From Gnetum montanum (Eukaryota; Plantae; Gnetophyta): a DNA stretch of 64,000 nucleotides. Both the position numbers and the translations under genes were made by a program. Below the pieces are notes generated by a model. The model was not told where the DNA came from. It saw only the letters and a program-made list of their open reading frames with translations, and ran no database searches. Positions 1 through 13,474 of this stretch are shown here, piece by piece (the stretch's first letter is position 1; every line of letters starts with the position of its first letter). Where the stretch lies: positions 340,976-404,975 of the forward strand of contig MNCI01001310.1 of assembly GCA_015680685.1 (NCBI GenBank), given 5' to 3'.

Positions 1-1551
1 GATGTTGGACATATTTGATTTTCCAAACAACATTACTACAACCTAGTCAGAGCTACTTGAAGTAAAGGGCAAATGTATCATCTTGGAAGGGCAACTTGAA
101 ATGACTTAAGCATAAAACCAACACTTGGCCTCAGAGGTTGCTGAATTATGTGCTTGCTTTGCTAACCTTGCACTCCTCAGCCCTATAATAACTAAAGATG
201 ACTCTTTTTAGTAGCTTCAAGAATGATTAAAACAAGTTGAGAAGGGAGTGGTGATGTCCATCTTTAATTAGTACATAGCCAAAGCAAAGATCTATTCAAT
301 TTAAAAGGACTTGGTTCAGATGCGCTAGAAAAATGAAACATTGACCACAAAAATCATCACCTAGGAAATGTTGATGCAAAAAAGCAATAGATGCAAGAAT
401 TCATCCATCAACAATAGGAGAAGTTAGCCAGAGCAAACAAAAAATTGAGGAAATTAGTAGTAGAGAATCACAATTTGTCTATGGAGGAAGTCTATGCCTT
501 ACACTAGAAATATTCCATTGAAATTGTTGCTTGGAAAAATGAGGCTCTCAAATTTGAGAGACTTAAGAATCACTACAAAGACCAGGTTGGCCTGTGGAGG
601 GAGGTGAATGAGAAGCATATCTAAGTGGCTAAGGCAAAAGTAAATGAGGCTCTCTAGTAACTCGAGTAAGGAAGAGAAGTATGACAACCTATCTTTGATG
701 AGATAGATGCCTATAACAAAGTGGAGATCCACATGAAGGAGTTGCAAATCAAAGAAACGATAGAATATATGGAACTAGCCAATCTTTGATATGAAAATAT
801 GGCAATGTTGATTACCAAACAACTGTGGTTAGAACTTGAAAAAAAAATGGCTAGCTTGTACTTGCTATATGAGGCTGAGTTTAAGCACCATAAGGACACC
901 AAGCAAACTCTTGGGACAACAAATGTTGAACTCAAAGTTCTCAAGGCATGATTCATTAATCAATGATCAACTGATAAGCACTTGTTTAGGAGAATGAATG
1001 ATTACCAAGAGCTATAAAATGCAGTCAGAAAATTGACATTGAGCATAAACAATTCGTGGCCTAGTTAATCAATATTAAGGAGTTGTTCCCAACAATTCTC
1101 TATCCTTGGGATGTGCTTGTTCTAGCCCACATTGGTGAAGCTATATGGATTGTGCAGGATCCCAAGAGTAAGGAGGAGAAAATGAAAGCATTGCTGGATG
1201 CTTTCTGTTTGTTGCCAGAAGTTGTAGTAGTAGCTAGACAACCATAATAGCCTCAACCATCACATGTGCTTGGGGCTAGAGAAGGTTTGTTGGAGCCTCA
1301 AGAGTCTCCACTACCTAGGACTGTGTGATCTTTTCAATTGCCTTCACACCATTAGAGGACGTGTTGTCTGATTTTTTTTTTGTGTTCAATTTTTTGTTGT
1401 GAACACTACATTTTGTAATTTTGTTGATCCATAGACTTGGGCACTCAGTTTTGTCATGTAGTCTTATTGTGTTATATGCTAGTCAATGATTTGATACCTT
1501 CCCAATTTTGTAAAGAAATCGAGGATGAGTTTTCATTTAGTCATGGGGGTA
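1..1551 (+). mobile_element. 3' internal region of a Gypsy-like LTR retrotransposon (family A) with a decayed coiled-coil extra ORF
   Basis: Ends in a PPT-like GGGGGTA directly before the LTR start TGATGAG. The decayed peptide ELEKKMASLYLLYE..TNVELKVLK matches the minus-strand ORF 37449-37739 (KLEKQMASSYLLYE..TNVELKVLK). Confidence 0.7.
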
Positions 1552-2402
1552 TGATGAGTCATGGATTGGTCACATCAATGAGGTGTTGTTGACTAGGCCT
1601 TGTCAATGAAGGGTCTATTCTTGCTTATAAATATGTGCCAACCCATCATGTTTAGGCATCATCTTGTCATAGTTATAGCGAAGCTCTTGTAGTTTTTACA
1701 TTTAAAAGTTAGAATATTTTTGTGAGTGCCCATATCATGAGTCATTGAGTGTACAGATCTTTATTCAAGCATTGTTGTACTTGAGCAAGATAGTGTGTGT
1801 GGTAATAAAGACGAGCTTCCTGATAAACCTTACAACATTTGGATAGCTTAAATATTTTATTTATGCATTTAATGCTCTTAGTTATTTATTCAATGTTCCT
1901 TAGTAATTAAGCTAATTAAGTAATTAAGCAAGATAAGCTAAATAATGATTAAATAAACACATAACTATGATCGCTTTGAACATGAGTATGATGTTTGGTA
2001 ATCCCAGCAATGCTTAATGCTTGGTAACCCAACACTGTTATATATGTTCAGGATGTGGACAGTAAGAGGGATTGGATACTTATGTTAGGATTAGTTAAAA
2101 AATAGTTAGCCAATTAGATTAAAGTAGGCATTAAATTACTTTATCCTCTACCATGTTTGTTTTAAGCACCAAAATCATAAATTATAAAATGATAAAAATC
2201 ATGTTCCTCAATTACACTTAAACCATACCATTAAGCTTCACAAGTGTAGTTGGGAAGACAATAAGCATCCTTAACACCCAGTTTATTTCCTAGAGAACTA
2301 GTGCACTAGAAAACTATAGAGTCTACAGAATTTGACTGGATCATGCTTGAATGCTTCATGATTCGTATGGTTGGGCGTAGGGGTACCTTGCACTGCTCAT
2401 CA
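1552..2402 (+). repeat. 3' LTR of family A (TGATGAG...CTCATCA)
   Basis: Terminal inverted TGATGAG/CTCATCA, TATAAATA near 1626 and the preceding PPT. Its end GGTTGGGCGTAGGGGTACC recurs in reverse at 9641, and more degenerately at 13475 and 36064. Confidence 0.75.
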
Positions 2403-2769
2403 TTACAATTATGATGAGGAGTTCCATTATGCTTATTAAGAGGAACAACAATACTTTGAGGTGCTAGTTCTTATTTAGCATCATGAAGAGCATGACTTTG
2501 AGATTCTCAATGGTATTTGTTATCCTTGAGAACTTTTTAGAGAAGAGAGATTGATATGCTTGGATGTAGGGATTTGGATAGGCAACAAGATTGGTCAATG
2601 CAATACCTAGGGGATGATTATGTAAAGTGCACAACAACATTTTTGAGTAGTAGGATCTATAATGAATTTATCCAAGGATGCTAGGATACAAACAAACCAA
2701 ATGCTTTGAGACTATCATGTGTCATTTGCTACTTACCCAAGGTGAAGGGAAAAATAGTTAACCATTGTA

Positions 2770-4050
2770 CATGATAGTTCAAGGGACTACTAGTATTGTG
2801 AAATCCTATCTCATTAATACTATTTGCAATGCTTTCAAAGATTTTTATCCACTTAATTAGAATTATTTTTTGGTATTAGCACCTACTGAAGTAGTAGCAT
2901 ACAATATTAATGCAACTACAATTCATTCAACATTGAAGTTAGGTGTGGGATAGTACAAGGAGCTATTTGCCTCAACTTTGGAAATGATGAAAAATCATCT
3001 CAAGCACATTAAATACAGTTAAATACATAATTATAGATGAAATGAGTTTTATGGGAGGATGGCTACTCCTTAGCATTAATAGAAGAGCTAGAGAAATTTT
3101 TCTAGAATAGAGGTCTATAGATTTCAATGGGAGATTGATTATACTAATAGGAGATCTTGGTTAGTTACCTCTAGTGTTGGATGTTATTTCATACAATTTT
3201 AAAAACCAATACATTGTTCATCTTTAGAAATATTTTGCTACATTTGTTACTTTGGATGCAGTTTACCAACAAAGGGGTGAGGATCCCCGCTAGCAAATGT
3301 TTAGGAAGGTATTAATGAATATTCAAGAGGGTAGCAAAATGAATCTTCTTTCAACGTCAGATGGAAGAGATGGCTTTGAAGATGACATGTGCCTATATGA
3401 TACAAGGAATAAAATTACCATGCATAACTTAACAAGGATGTTAATTTTTCATTCTCTAGTTTCTCTGTGTATGATTGACATGAAAAGTATTGGTCTTAGG
3501 GTTAGGGAAGATGATTTTGTTGTTGTAGGGGGAGGGGGATGGTGTTGAATTGGATAGATTCCTATTAATATGTTAGAATGCTAGAGTCATACTCATGATT
3601 AATTTGTGACCAAAGGTAGGTTTGGTCAATGGAGCTTTGGGAATGATTAGACAAATCATGTATCATTTAGAAAAGAAACCACCAAAGTTTCCATCATATG
3701 TTGTTGTGGAATTTGATTCATACAATGGTTATTATTTTCAATAGAAAGACCCAAATCATGTTCTTGTGGTACCAATAATAAAACTTGCATTAAGACATAG
3801 TAGCTTCCATTAAGACTTGCATGGGTGGTGATTGTACATAAGTCACAAGGAATAACTTTAAAGAAGGCATGTGTTGATATTGGTAGTAAAGAAACAACTA
3901 GTATTACTTTTATGGTACTATACAAAGTTAACTTTATTAACTTATTAAATATTCATCCTCCATTTCTATACAAAGATACATGAGGATTGCAAATGTGACT
4001 AATCTACAAAGCAAACTTGTTGAAGAAAAACACATTGCAAAAAATGAGTG
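2770..4050 (+). pseudogene. PIF1-family helicase relic (Helitron-type)
   Basis: Decayed motifs in the expected order: IVQGTTSIVKSYLI (Walker A), LAPT..AYNINATTIHS, IIIDEMSF, ILIGDLG*LPLV, PLRLAW..VHKSQGITL..ACVDIG. Many stops and frameshifts. Confidence 0.8.
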
Positions 4051-4240
4051 ACATATGTATTTTTGTAGTGAGAATTCTTTGGTTATGTTTTAAACAATGA
4101 TCTTTGTTGAAAAAAATAGTATTATGTACACCACTCTTTTATTTTAGTTTTTTTGTTATTGGTATTTTTAATAAAAATAAATAAAAAATTATTATATGTA
4201 TGATTGTACCATAAGGTATGACTAAATGTGAAATCGTGAA

Positions 4241-4646
4241 ACTAGCCTAAATCTATATTTTATACATCTCATCAATTTGGCCAAGCAGATCATAGTAATT
4301 CATGCCCAATATTGGATGAGGAACAAGAGACTTCCTCACTAGTATTCAAGTACCTAATTCCAAATTAAGTTCCTCATCTCTCCCTCAATCTCTTCTAAAA
4401 TCATGTTTGACCCTCTCAACCAAATTTCTTGAACTACTAAAATAACTACCAACAACAAATTTGGATGAGAGAGTCACACATGATTTCAAAGGAGATTGAG
4501 AGCAAAAGATGAGGAACTTGATTTAGGATTAGGTATTTGAACACTTGTGAGGAAGTATTTGGTTCCTTATTTCAATATTGGACATGAATTACTTTGATCC
4601 TCTCAGCCAAATGGTAGAGATATATACCATATATATCTAGGCTAGT
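4241..4646. mobile_element. Foldback/MITE-like element with ~190-bp imperfect inverted arms
   Basis: Termini ACTAGCCTAAAT / ATCTAGGCTAGT. Internal pairs include AGTAATTCATGCCCAATATTG / CAATATTGGACATGAATTACT and AAGTTCCTCATCT / AGATGAGGAACTT, around a ~30-nt loop. Confidence 0.75.
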
Positions 4647-5408
4647 GTAGCGTGCAATGATATGCACTTGCAACATTCATGGATACATTTGGGCAAACTA
4701 ATTAGCACTATTTTAATAAAAGATTCAAAATCTTAGAAGAAGTAGAGTTTCTTTCTTCAATATTTAAGAAATCTTTTGTAGCTAGTGATAACTCTAGTAT
4801 GATTCATGATGAGAAAAAAAATAAAATGTAAGTTTCGTATAATGTAATAATATGCACTTGTAATATTTTAAATAGTATTTCATTAAATAAATTACTTATT
4901 TAAAATAAGATACGAGAATATTCTCTTTCTAGTCATTGAGAAATCAATTATAAATGAAGTGGTATTTAAAAAATGAAAGACAAGTTACATATGGTATGAT
5001 CTTCATACAAAGCTTTATTGTATGAAATGAGAAATATAGTTAAAAGCTACAACTCTCATTTAGATAATTATTTGCACCTTGGAGGTACTAGTTTGAATTC
5101 TACTACTAGCACCCTACATGCTAGCTTGGAGTCATATTTCAAGCTTGATAAAATCAATGAAGCAATGTACATGGATTTGATGATATGTGGTCTTCTTGAT
5201 GAAGAAAAAGAAAGGAAGAAAGAGTTTATAATCTCCATTTTGTTAGGATAGAAGAAAAAGAAAAAGAAAACCTAGTTCAAAAAGTGACAATGGTGATAAA
5301 TAACATCATGCATATTAAACTACCTAAAATAAAGGATGCATTTCATTTTAGGCTTAAATATGGTAAACCTGGGCACATTGTTGTTAAATTTCATAATACT
5401 AATAATAA

Positions 5409-5547
5409 GATGTTAGCCTAGTGGCATGGGTCTTAGCCTAGTAACCCCATGTCACAGGTTTGATTCTATTAGGTAGCACTGAGCTATAAAACTTTTAAAA
5501 AGCTTGGGGTGTACCTATGTTTCAATTATTTTAGGTTCCAACACCCC
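5409..5547 (+). mobile_element. tRNA-derived SINE (representative copy of a dispersed family)
   Basis: A-box-like TAGCCTAGTGG and B-box-like GGTTTGATTC. Similar copies near 13380(-), 14472, 14566, 14940(-), 18830, 24717, 25770(-), 25902, 27530(-) and 28129. Confidence 0.6.
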
Positions 5548-5749
5548 AAATTTCATAATACAGATGATAGATCCATTGGAAATATTGTAATCACTTAAAG
5601 GATAATGCAAACAATGGTTCATGATTAAATTACTTTACCCCACAAGGAAGTAATGTTTTATTATGATTTAGTTGAAATGAAATAGTAAATCTAGAATAAG
5701 TTTTTCTAGGCCCATAGGTATGAATTATTTATTCTCTATTTGCTAGTCT

Positions 5750-8700
5750 TATTAATATGTATGTTGTGTAAATTGATAAAACAGAGGTATTAGATGCTTT
5801 TAAGATATTTAAAATTGAAGTAGAGAAACAAAAGGAAAGGGGAATCAAGATTATAAGGTTAGACAAAGGAGGAGAATAGTATGGGAAGTATACAAAAAAG
5901 GGATAAGTACTAGGTCCATTTGTAACATTCCTTCAATTAGAGGACATTATTACCTAGTATACCATTCTAGGAGCACCTCAACAAAATGGTGTAGTAGAAA
6001 GAAGGAACCACACACTCATGGACACAGTAAGATGCATGATTAGTAATTCTAATTTTTTCTTAACCCTATGGAGTAAGGCCTTAAAGATTGTAGTGTATAT
6101 CTTAACTAAGGTACCATTGAAGGCTATTCCTCAAACACCTTTTGAATTATGAAATGGATGGAAACCTAGTTTAAGACACATGCACATTTGGGAATGTCTA
6201 GTTGAAGTAAGGGTTTATAAACCAAGCTTAAAGTAATTGGATCCAAGAACTATTAGTGGATATTTTATTGGCTATGTAATAAACTCCAAGGGTTTTAAAT
6301 TTTATTGTCCCACAAACAGATCTAGAATTGTTGAGGCTAGAAATGCTAAATTTCTTGAGGAATTTGAATTCAATGAAAAGTAAATCCCTCAAGAATTAAA
6401 ATTTGAAAAACTAAAGGAATGTGATAAATCTCTCATGAATAAAGAGGAATTAATCATCTCCCAAGGTAATATAAAGGATGCCTTGAAAAGGTTATCAAAT
6501 CAAGAATAGCTTCTTCAAGAGAAACATATTATCACTAATTCTACCATCCAAGATGTGCAAAACGTTGAGGGAGAAGTAGAATTAAGAAGGTCTTCAAGAT
6601 CAAAGAAACAAACAATTTCTAGTGACTTTGTTGTATACAATTAAGATTCTAACTTTGATGTTGGACCTTAAGATGATCCTATGTCATTTTCACAAGTCAT
6701 GAGTGAAGAAAATTCCACATTTTGGTATGATGCCATAAAAGAAGAGATAGATTCTATGCTAAAAATCAAGTTTAGAATCTTGTTGAATTGCCAAGAAGAG
6801 CTTCAACAATTAGTTGTAAGTGGGTCTATAAAACCAAAAGAAATCCTTCTAGTAATGTCAAACAATATAGAGCTAGACATGTAGCTAAAGAATTTACTTA
6901 AAAGGAGGGCATTGATTATCATGAAACCTTCTCTCTAGTATCAACGAAGGATTCATTTAGAATAATTATGGGTTTGATGGCTTAATTTGATTTAGAGCTA
7001 CACCAAATGGATGTGAAAACAACATTTTTAAATATGGATCTTGAAGAAGAAGTGTATATGAAACAACCTGAGGGATTTTGTGAAGATGATCGCTTGAACT
7101 AAAGCAAGCCTCATGATAATGGTATTTAAAATTTCATAACATTATGGTTTCATTTGGTTTTATTAAGAACATTGTAAATCATTGTATATACCTTAAGGTT
7201 AGTGGAAACAAATTCATCTTTTTGTTTCTTTATATGGATGACATCTTACTTGCAAGTAGTGACAAGGGTTTGCTACATGAGACAAAGCAATTCCTCTTTT
7301 AAAATTTTAAAAGCAAGGATATGGGTGAAGCCTCCTATGTCATTGGGATAGAGATTCATAGAGATAGATATTAAAGGATATTAGGACTATCTCAAAGGGA
7401 ATACACTGAAAAGGATTTGGAGGGATTTAGAATTAAAGGCTCACCTATACAGGCTCCAATAATAAAAGGAGATAGAATTAACTTGAAACAATGTCCACAA
7501 AGCTTATTGGAATAAGAGCAGATGAAAGGCATACCTTATACATTTGTTATTGGTAGCCTTGTGTATGTGCAAGTATGTACAAGACCTGATATAATTTTTG
7601 TAGTAGAAATGTTTAGTAAATACCAAAGCAATCTAGGCATTGAGCATTGGAAAGCTACTGAAAGAGTCATGAGGTATATGAAAGGAACTAAGTACTACAA
7701 GCTCACATATAGGCACATTAACCATGTGGAAGTCATTGGATATTTAGATTCAGATTTGCTTGTATGTGTAGACACTAAAAAATCAACCTCCAAATATGTG
7801 TTTCTATTTGTTGGAGGGGCCATATCTTGGAAGAGTGCTAAGCAAACAATAGTTGCTTCATCTGCAATAGAGGTAGAATTCATTGCTTCCCATGAAGCTA
7901 CATCACATGCATAATGGTTGAGAAACTTCATTGCTAGCATGAGAATTATTGATCCCATCACAAGGCTGATAAAGATATATTTAGATAATTCAACTACAGT
8001 TTTCTTTTCCAAGAATATAAAAGTGGAAGTCACAGTAAGCCCATTGATATAAGGTACCTTGCTGTTAAGGATAGAGTTAAGAACATGAAGTTGATATTCA
8101 ACATATTAGCACTGAATTGATGATTACTATTTTCATAACTAAAACTTTGTCAACAAAATAGTACATGGATCATGTAAATCATATGGGACTTATTAGTTCA
8201 TCTCATGTATAGCTTGATTTTTACTCAAATTGTAAATCATTACAAATTTTTTGGATAATAATAAAGGCATATATTTTGGTGCACATAAAGCCTATGCCAT
8301 TAGTATTGTTAAAAAATAGAACCTTAGTTGATTTTCAAATATTCATGCATAAGGAAATTGCTCATAAAATGCTCACTTAAGAAGTCTCATGCTATGTAAT
8401 TCATGAAAGAAAATATTCAAGCTTAAGGATATGACAATCATGATTTCAATATTGATATTCTTTGTTTGAGTATGAGTGCATTTAGTATGGCTATTAAATG
8501 GGCAATTAGTTGGAGCATGTAACATTAATTACCCGTGATGGTAGTTTTTTTGCCCACTTCTACCATCATTGGTGGTTTTTCTAATCACTCTTTCAATGTT
8601 GGTAGTTACAAGTAGGTAACATAAGTAGTGGAGGTAGTGAGGTGGTTTTGAAAAGAAATGGTTCCTTGATGGAAGGAATACCATATGTGGTTATAAATAG

Positions 8701-8851
8701 AATGGATGATCCCCTAGCCTCATCAATAGTATTGAAAAACTACAAATTCCATCATATGTAGTATCAAGATTAAATTGGTAGAGGTTGGAGGATACATTTA
8801 AAGCTAAGCTTTCTTTTCTTTCTTTAACTCCTATCTACAAGGTTTCTAACA
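5750..8851 (+). mobile_element. Ty1/Copia relic: integrase-RT-RNase H plus probable 3' LTR (8518-8851)
   Basis: PQQNGVVERRNHTL (integrase); LHQMDVKTTFL and LYMDDILL (RT); VCTRPDI, GYLDSD, KSTSKYVF..GGAISWKS (RT/RNase H). Copia domain order, followed by a TGTAAC...CTAACA segment. Confidence 0.88.
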
Positions 8852-9640
8852 TTACAAAAATTCCAATTTCTTTTGTTTAACTACTATTAACAAGTAGATC
8901 CTAGATTTTATTCAATAGATAGATTAATGGCAGTTAAAGTGAAGGTGTTGCCTAATATTTCTTTTTTCAATAGATTTGACATTTTTGGCCTTGCACTACT
9001 CCATGCAATACCAAGAGTTCTATTTGAACATAAATGTACAGGATCCATTGATGGGCAGGATTGGCAAAGGTACAATAAAGCAAAGCAACTGAGTAGTGTA
9101 AGGTAGATTTGTGACATAGTGGCACTAGGACGGAGATATTATTAGAGCAACATGAATAGCGTAAGACATATTTGTGGCAATGGGGCCAAGCAAGGGCTAC
9201 AAAGTAGAAGAGAAGTTCAAATGTCTAGCTACAAATAGGTAGTGTCTGTTTTCCATCATGGAACTGGGGAATTTGCTTAAAAAAACAACCACATAAGACA
9301 CAAATCATTAGTTTTATAAACTCTGTGAAGTAGATGAGTGGCAAAGTGATCCATTGTTATTGTAATGGCAGCCATTCACATCCAACAATCTTATGATTTC
9401 ATGAAATGGATGGGGGGTGGAGTGGGATGAGTTGTTTATCTCAATGTAGATTTTGCAAGGATATTTTTTTGTTAGGAAATAACAATGCTAACATGAGAGT
9501 TTCATTAAATATTAAAATACAAGTGACAATATTTATTATTACAAAAAGCTAGGATATCTATACAAGATGGATTGTTAAATATTGACAATTATTAAAATCT
9601 TAAGAATGACTTTGAAAAGATCTCTCTAAGTTTTGGCAGG

Positions 9641-10190
9641 TGAAGAGCAGCGAGGTACCCCTACGCCCAACCATACAAATCACAAGCGTTCACACACGAT
9701 CCGATCAAACTTTGCAGACCTTAAGTTCTTAAATGCACTGGTTACAAGGAACTGAAATCTAATTGAAACGATCGTTGTCTTCTCAATACCACTTATGTGG
9801 TACAAGTATATGGTTAAGTGCAACTGAGGTATGTGATTTTTATCATTTTATATTTTATAAGTTTAGTTGCTTATAATAAGAATGAGAGGTAGAGTAATTT
9901 AAGATCTAATTCATTTATTGCCTAGCTAGCCTAACATAAGTACCTCTTTCCACTCTTTAGACACATTTTGAACACATGTAGCGCTGTTGGGTTACTAAAC
10001 GTTAAGTGTTTCTGAGTTACCAAGTGCTACACGTATGCTCGAAGTGGTCATGCTTGTGTTCAATAACAACTAGAAATTAATTACTTAATGAAAATGCATT
10101 AAAGTAAAGTGCATGAATATCAAATACATTAAAGGAAACATTAATTTATTCTCAGTGTTGCAAGGATTATCAAGAGGGTTTATTTCAAAG
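9641..10190 (-). repeat. Solo/partial LTR of family A upstream of the kinase
   Basis: TGAAGAGCAGCGAGGTACCCCTACGCCCAACCATAC is close to the reverse complement of the end of the 1552-2402 LTR. Similarity continues to about 10180; the right boundary is approximate. Confidence 0.7.
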
Positions 10191-11594
10191 ATTCGTGTAC
10201 ACGCTGAGACTCCTGTTGTTGCGGACACTCAGAAAATATTTTAACTTTGGAGAAAACAAACTGCAAGAGCTTTGCTATGCCATGACAAAAGCTATGAAAA
10301 ACTATATGAGAATCGTGAGCCTAAGCACTATATTTATAGGTTGGCATATACCCCTCAATATCAGATATTCGACATTGCGTCTTGGGCTCCAATATCAAGG
10401 CTTCGATATTGGAGCCAGTCGAGCCAGTCAAAACATGATTCATTAGAAGGTTTAAATCAGATTTCAAGATTATTTTAGAACTCTTGGAGAACAATTAAAC
10501 AAACCATGAGATACTATATATTGATTTGGAAATAACTTGCTTATTATGTACGCAACCACATGCATTTATTATGATGAATAGTAATAGAATTGCATTGCTT
10601 AATCATTTGTCCTCATACGGTGAGTGCTTGGAAATCACTTTCTCTTCTATTCTCTCTATTCTCTTTGTAACAATGACTTTTAATGTACAGATGATTTTCT
10701 ATTTTCTATTAATAGTTTGTCCTTTGCTGCGTCATGGTTGTCCCTAATTTTCCCAACACATTTCTAATGAATCACATTTCCTATGTCGGTTGTGCTATGA
10801 TCCTTGTCTTGAAAACACCTTTGACCCTCGCTCATTGTGCCAATATTCAAGGCTACTACTAATTCACTTTGAGAGTTTGAATGGAGCGTCGTGCCAGCGC
10901 CTACAAAGGTAAAAAACTTGTTCCGAGGCATAGCGAAAACACAACGGAGCAACCAAACACAGAAGTTCAAATTAGGCTATCTTTCTTTTTTGAATTTACT
11001 ATGTTTACAAGTGTTATACATGCCAAACCAAATGCCAACATAAATGAACACGAAAAATGCCAACATAAATGGGTCCGTGCATAATCCAATTTGGAAATCT
11101 TTGTCAGCGTCTGTCAGCACCAGGTGAATCCAGAAAACTTGATTTAAAATTTCCTGGACCGAAAGCATATACGAGAACCATTCCTTTGGATTTCCTTCAA
11201 GCTTCTCACGACTCGACAATCATGAATCGAATAGCCCATTTGTTTATGGCCTCCACATCTTGCAACCGAATAATTTCCACGGGCTTGGCGGCATCCCTGC
11301 CTGCAAAAACGAAACATGACCAACTGAAAGAGACTGGGCGGTTTTCAAGGAACCGAAAACTACAGAATCTTCCCAAACTGTTTGAACAATACAAAAGGCC
11401 ACAACAGGCTCTAAATCTTCTTCTCTTTCTCACAGGCTCAGCTGAATAGAAATTTCAGGTTCTGGGTCTCTCTCAGGCTTTCTTTCTTTCTCCTAAGAAA
11501 AATGTTCATAACAGGGCAGAAACTGGAGTGGGCACTGTTCATCATCTACTAATAGTGTTGAGGATATATATCTCTTCCTTCAAGTCTGTTTGTC

Positions 11595-11756
11595 ATGGCT
11601 GATGGAAGAGAATATCCCACGTCTGCATCAGGTTATAGACTTCTGGAAGTCATTGGAAGAGGGGCGAGTGCCACTGTTTTCAGAGCAAAATGCCTTCCTT
11701 TCGATGAGATAGTTGCAATCAAGAGCATAGATCTTGACAGGAGCAACATCAATCTG
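11595..11756 (+). CDS. Ste20-like MAP4K (GCK-VI, OSR1/BLUS1-related) Ser/Thr kinase, exon 1
   Basis: MADGREYPTSASGYRLLEVIGRGASATV...VAIKSIDLD (Gly loop, VAIK); GT donor at 11757, phase 0. Confidence 0.92.
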
Positions 11757-12190
11757 GTAGGCCACTTATTGCAAAGTTTTTAATCAACCCATCGACGACT
11801 TGGATGATTTGATTTAGATTGTTGCTTTCAAATACACTTTTGGGGTTCTTCCTAACCCTAATCCATTAATCAGCAGTGTTGGGTTTGTTTATAGTTTGGT
11901 TTCTGGTCCCCTTCTGCAATTTTTCTTGAAAAATTTATTTCACTGAGGTATGGATGTTGAAATCCTGCAAGAGATGGCAATGGGAAATAATGTTTACAAA
12001 TTCACTGGGAAGGGTTTCTTAAACACTGCACACCGATTTAATCCGTGCTTTAAAGATCAATGTTACCCAGGATCAAGGATTCATTTGTTGAATGTTTAAA
12101 CAATATTAGTAGAAATAAATAGGTTTGTGTGAAGCTGTTTGAAAGCAATATGAAAGCATGTTTGTGGTGGGTTTTTGTATTTTTATTCAG

Positions 12191-12445
12191 GATGCAATTT
12201 CTTTAGAGGCCAGAACAATGAGGCTGATTGATCACCCAAACTTGATAACAGCACATTGTTCTTTTGTGGTGGATAATTTTTTATGGGTAGTTATGCCTTT
12301 CATGGCCCATGGATCGTGCCAGCATATTATGGAGGCGGCATATCCTCAAGGATTTTCAGAGCCAGTGATTGGATCCATTCTCAAGCAGGTTCTCAACGCC
12401 TTGAACTACCTTCATGAACATGGTCACATCCACAGAGATGTAAAG
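12191..12445 (+). CDS. Ste20-like kinase exon 2
   Basis: TTCAG acceptor; EARTMRLIDHPN..HCSFVV..LWVVMPFM..GHIHRDVK; 255 nt, phase 0/0. Confidence 0.93.
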
Positions 12446-12566
12446 GTACTCCCATTTAAAAAGTTATCAAAAGAGTGGTATTGTTCATGCTTGTGATTTG
12501 CAGCATGGGCTGGTATTAACATTTGGAGAAACCGCTTTTGCTTCTGCTTCATCTGCTGTTGCTCAG

Positions 12567-12691
12567 GCAGGAAATATTTTAGTTGATACTGTAGGGGAGG
12601 TGAAACTGTGCGACTTTGGAGTAGCTGCTTACCTGTTTGATAAGGGAAACCTGCAGCATTCAAGATATACCGTTGTGGGTACTCCATGCTG
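12567..12691 (+). CDS. Ste20-like kinase exon 3
   Basis: CTCAG acceptor; AGNILVD..VKLCDFGV..GTPC(W); donor GTCAGT splits the Trp codon (phase 2). Confidence 0.93.
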
Positions 12692-13474
12692 GTCAGTATG
12701 ACCTTGGTTAAATAGCGATTTTTCTTTTATTTTCTTGCTTTATCGATTGCTACTAATTGTGATCGAATTCTACTAGGTGCTATAACACGTTTAAACTCTG
12801 AACATTCTAAATAATTGAGAGGGAGTCAGTCCACTCGTAACATGTATTGCTTATTTTCGTAGAGATGCCAATTACTGTTTGTCGGTAAAGCCTTTAATAT
12901 TCCATTTATGATGAAAGCCTTTATATTTCATTTATGATAATTTGGAGAGAGTCTAAGTACCAATAAATAATATTCAATCCATACAGCCAACATATTTGCA
13001 ATGTACAAGGAATAAAATTTTGCAAGTCAAGAGGAGCATGTATGGAAAACAATTATGAAAATTCAAAAATATTTTGCAGCATAAGATTTAATACCAATCT
13101 TGGAATTAGTTATTCTTTTCACTATGTAGTCACAACCATTTAACCAAAATTGTAATGGGATACATCGATTTTGATTTTGGTGAAATGCCACCTAGATAAT
13201 TGTCTATATCATAGATGTGAAGTAAAATTTAATTTAGTTTTTGCAAGATTCTCTTGGCCAAATTATAGATATATATTATAAATATATAACTAATCTAGTT
13301 TATAAAGGAACAAGTTGGAGATTCATCAAGATTAGATTTTCAGTTGCAAATGCGCATACTGAAATCCATTGGATTTATCGGATTAGTTTGAAAATTCCTT
13401 TTATAGAACTTTTGTTAATTTATAACTCAATGCTACCTAGTAGAATCAAGCTTGTGACTTGGGGTTACCACTAG

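Noticed and set aside
5409-5485. Functional tRNA gene
   Set aside because: The B-box and stems are degenerate and many dispersed copies share a non-tRNA tail, indicating a SINE.
10195-11449. Cluster of overlapping 60-126 aa ORFs upstream of the kinase
   Set aside because: No recognisable motifs; expected by chance in less AT-rich promoter DNA.
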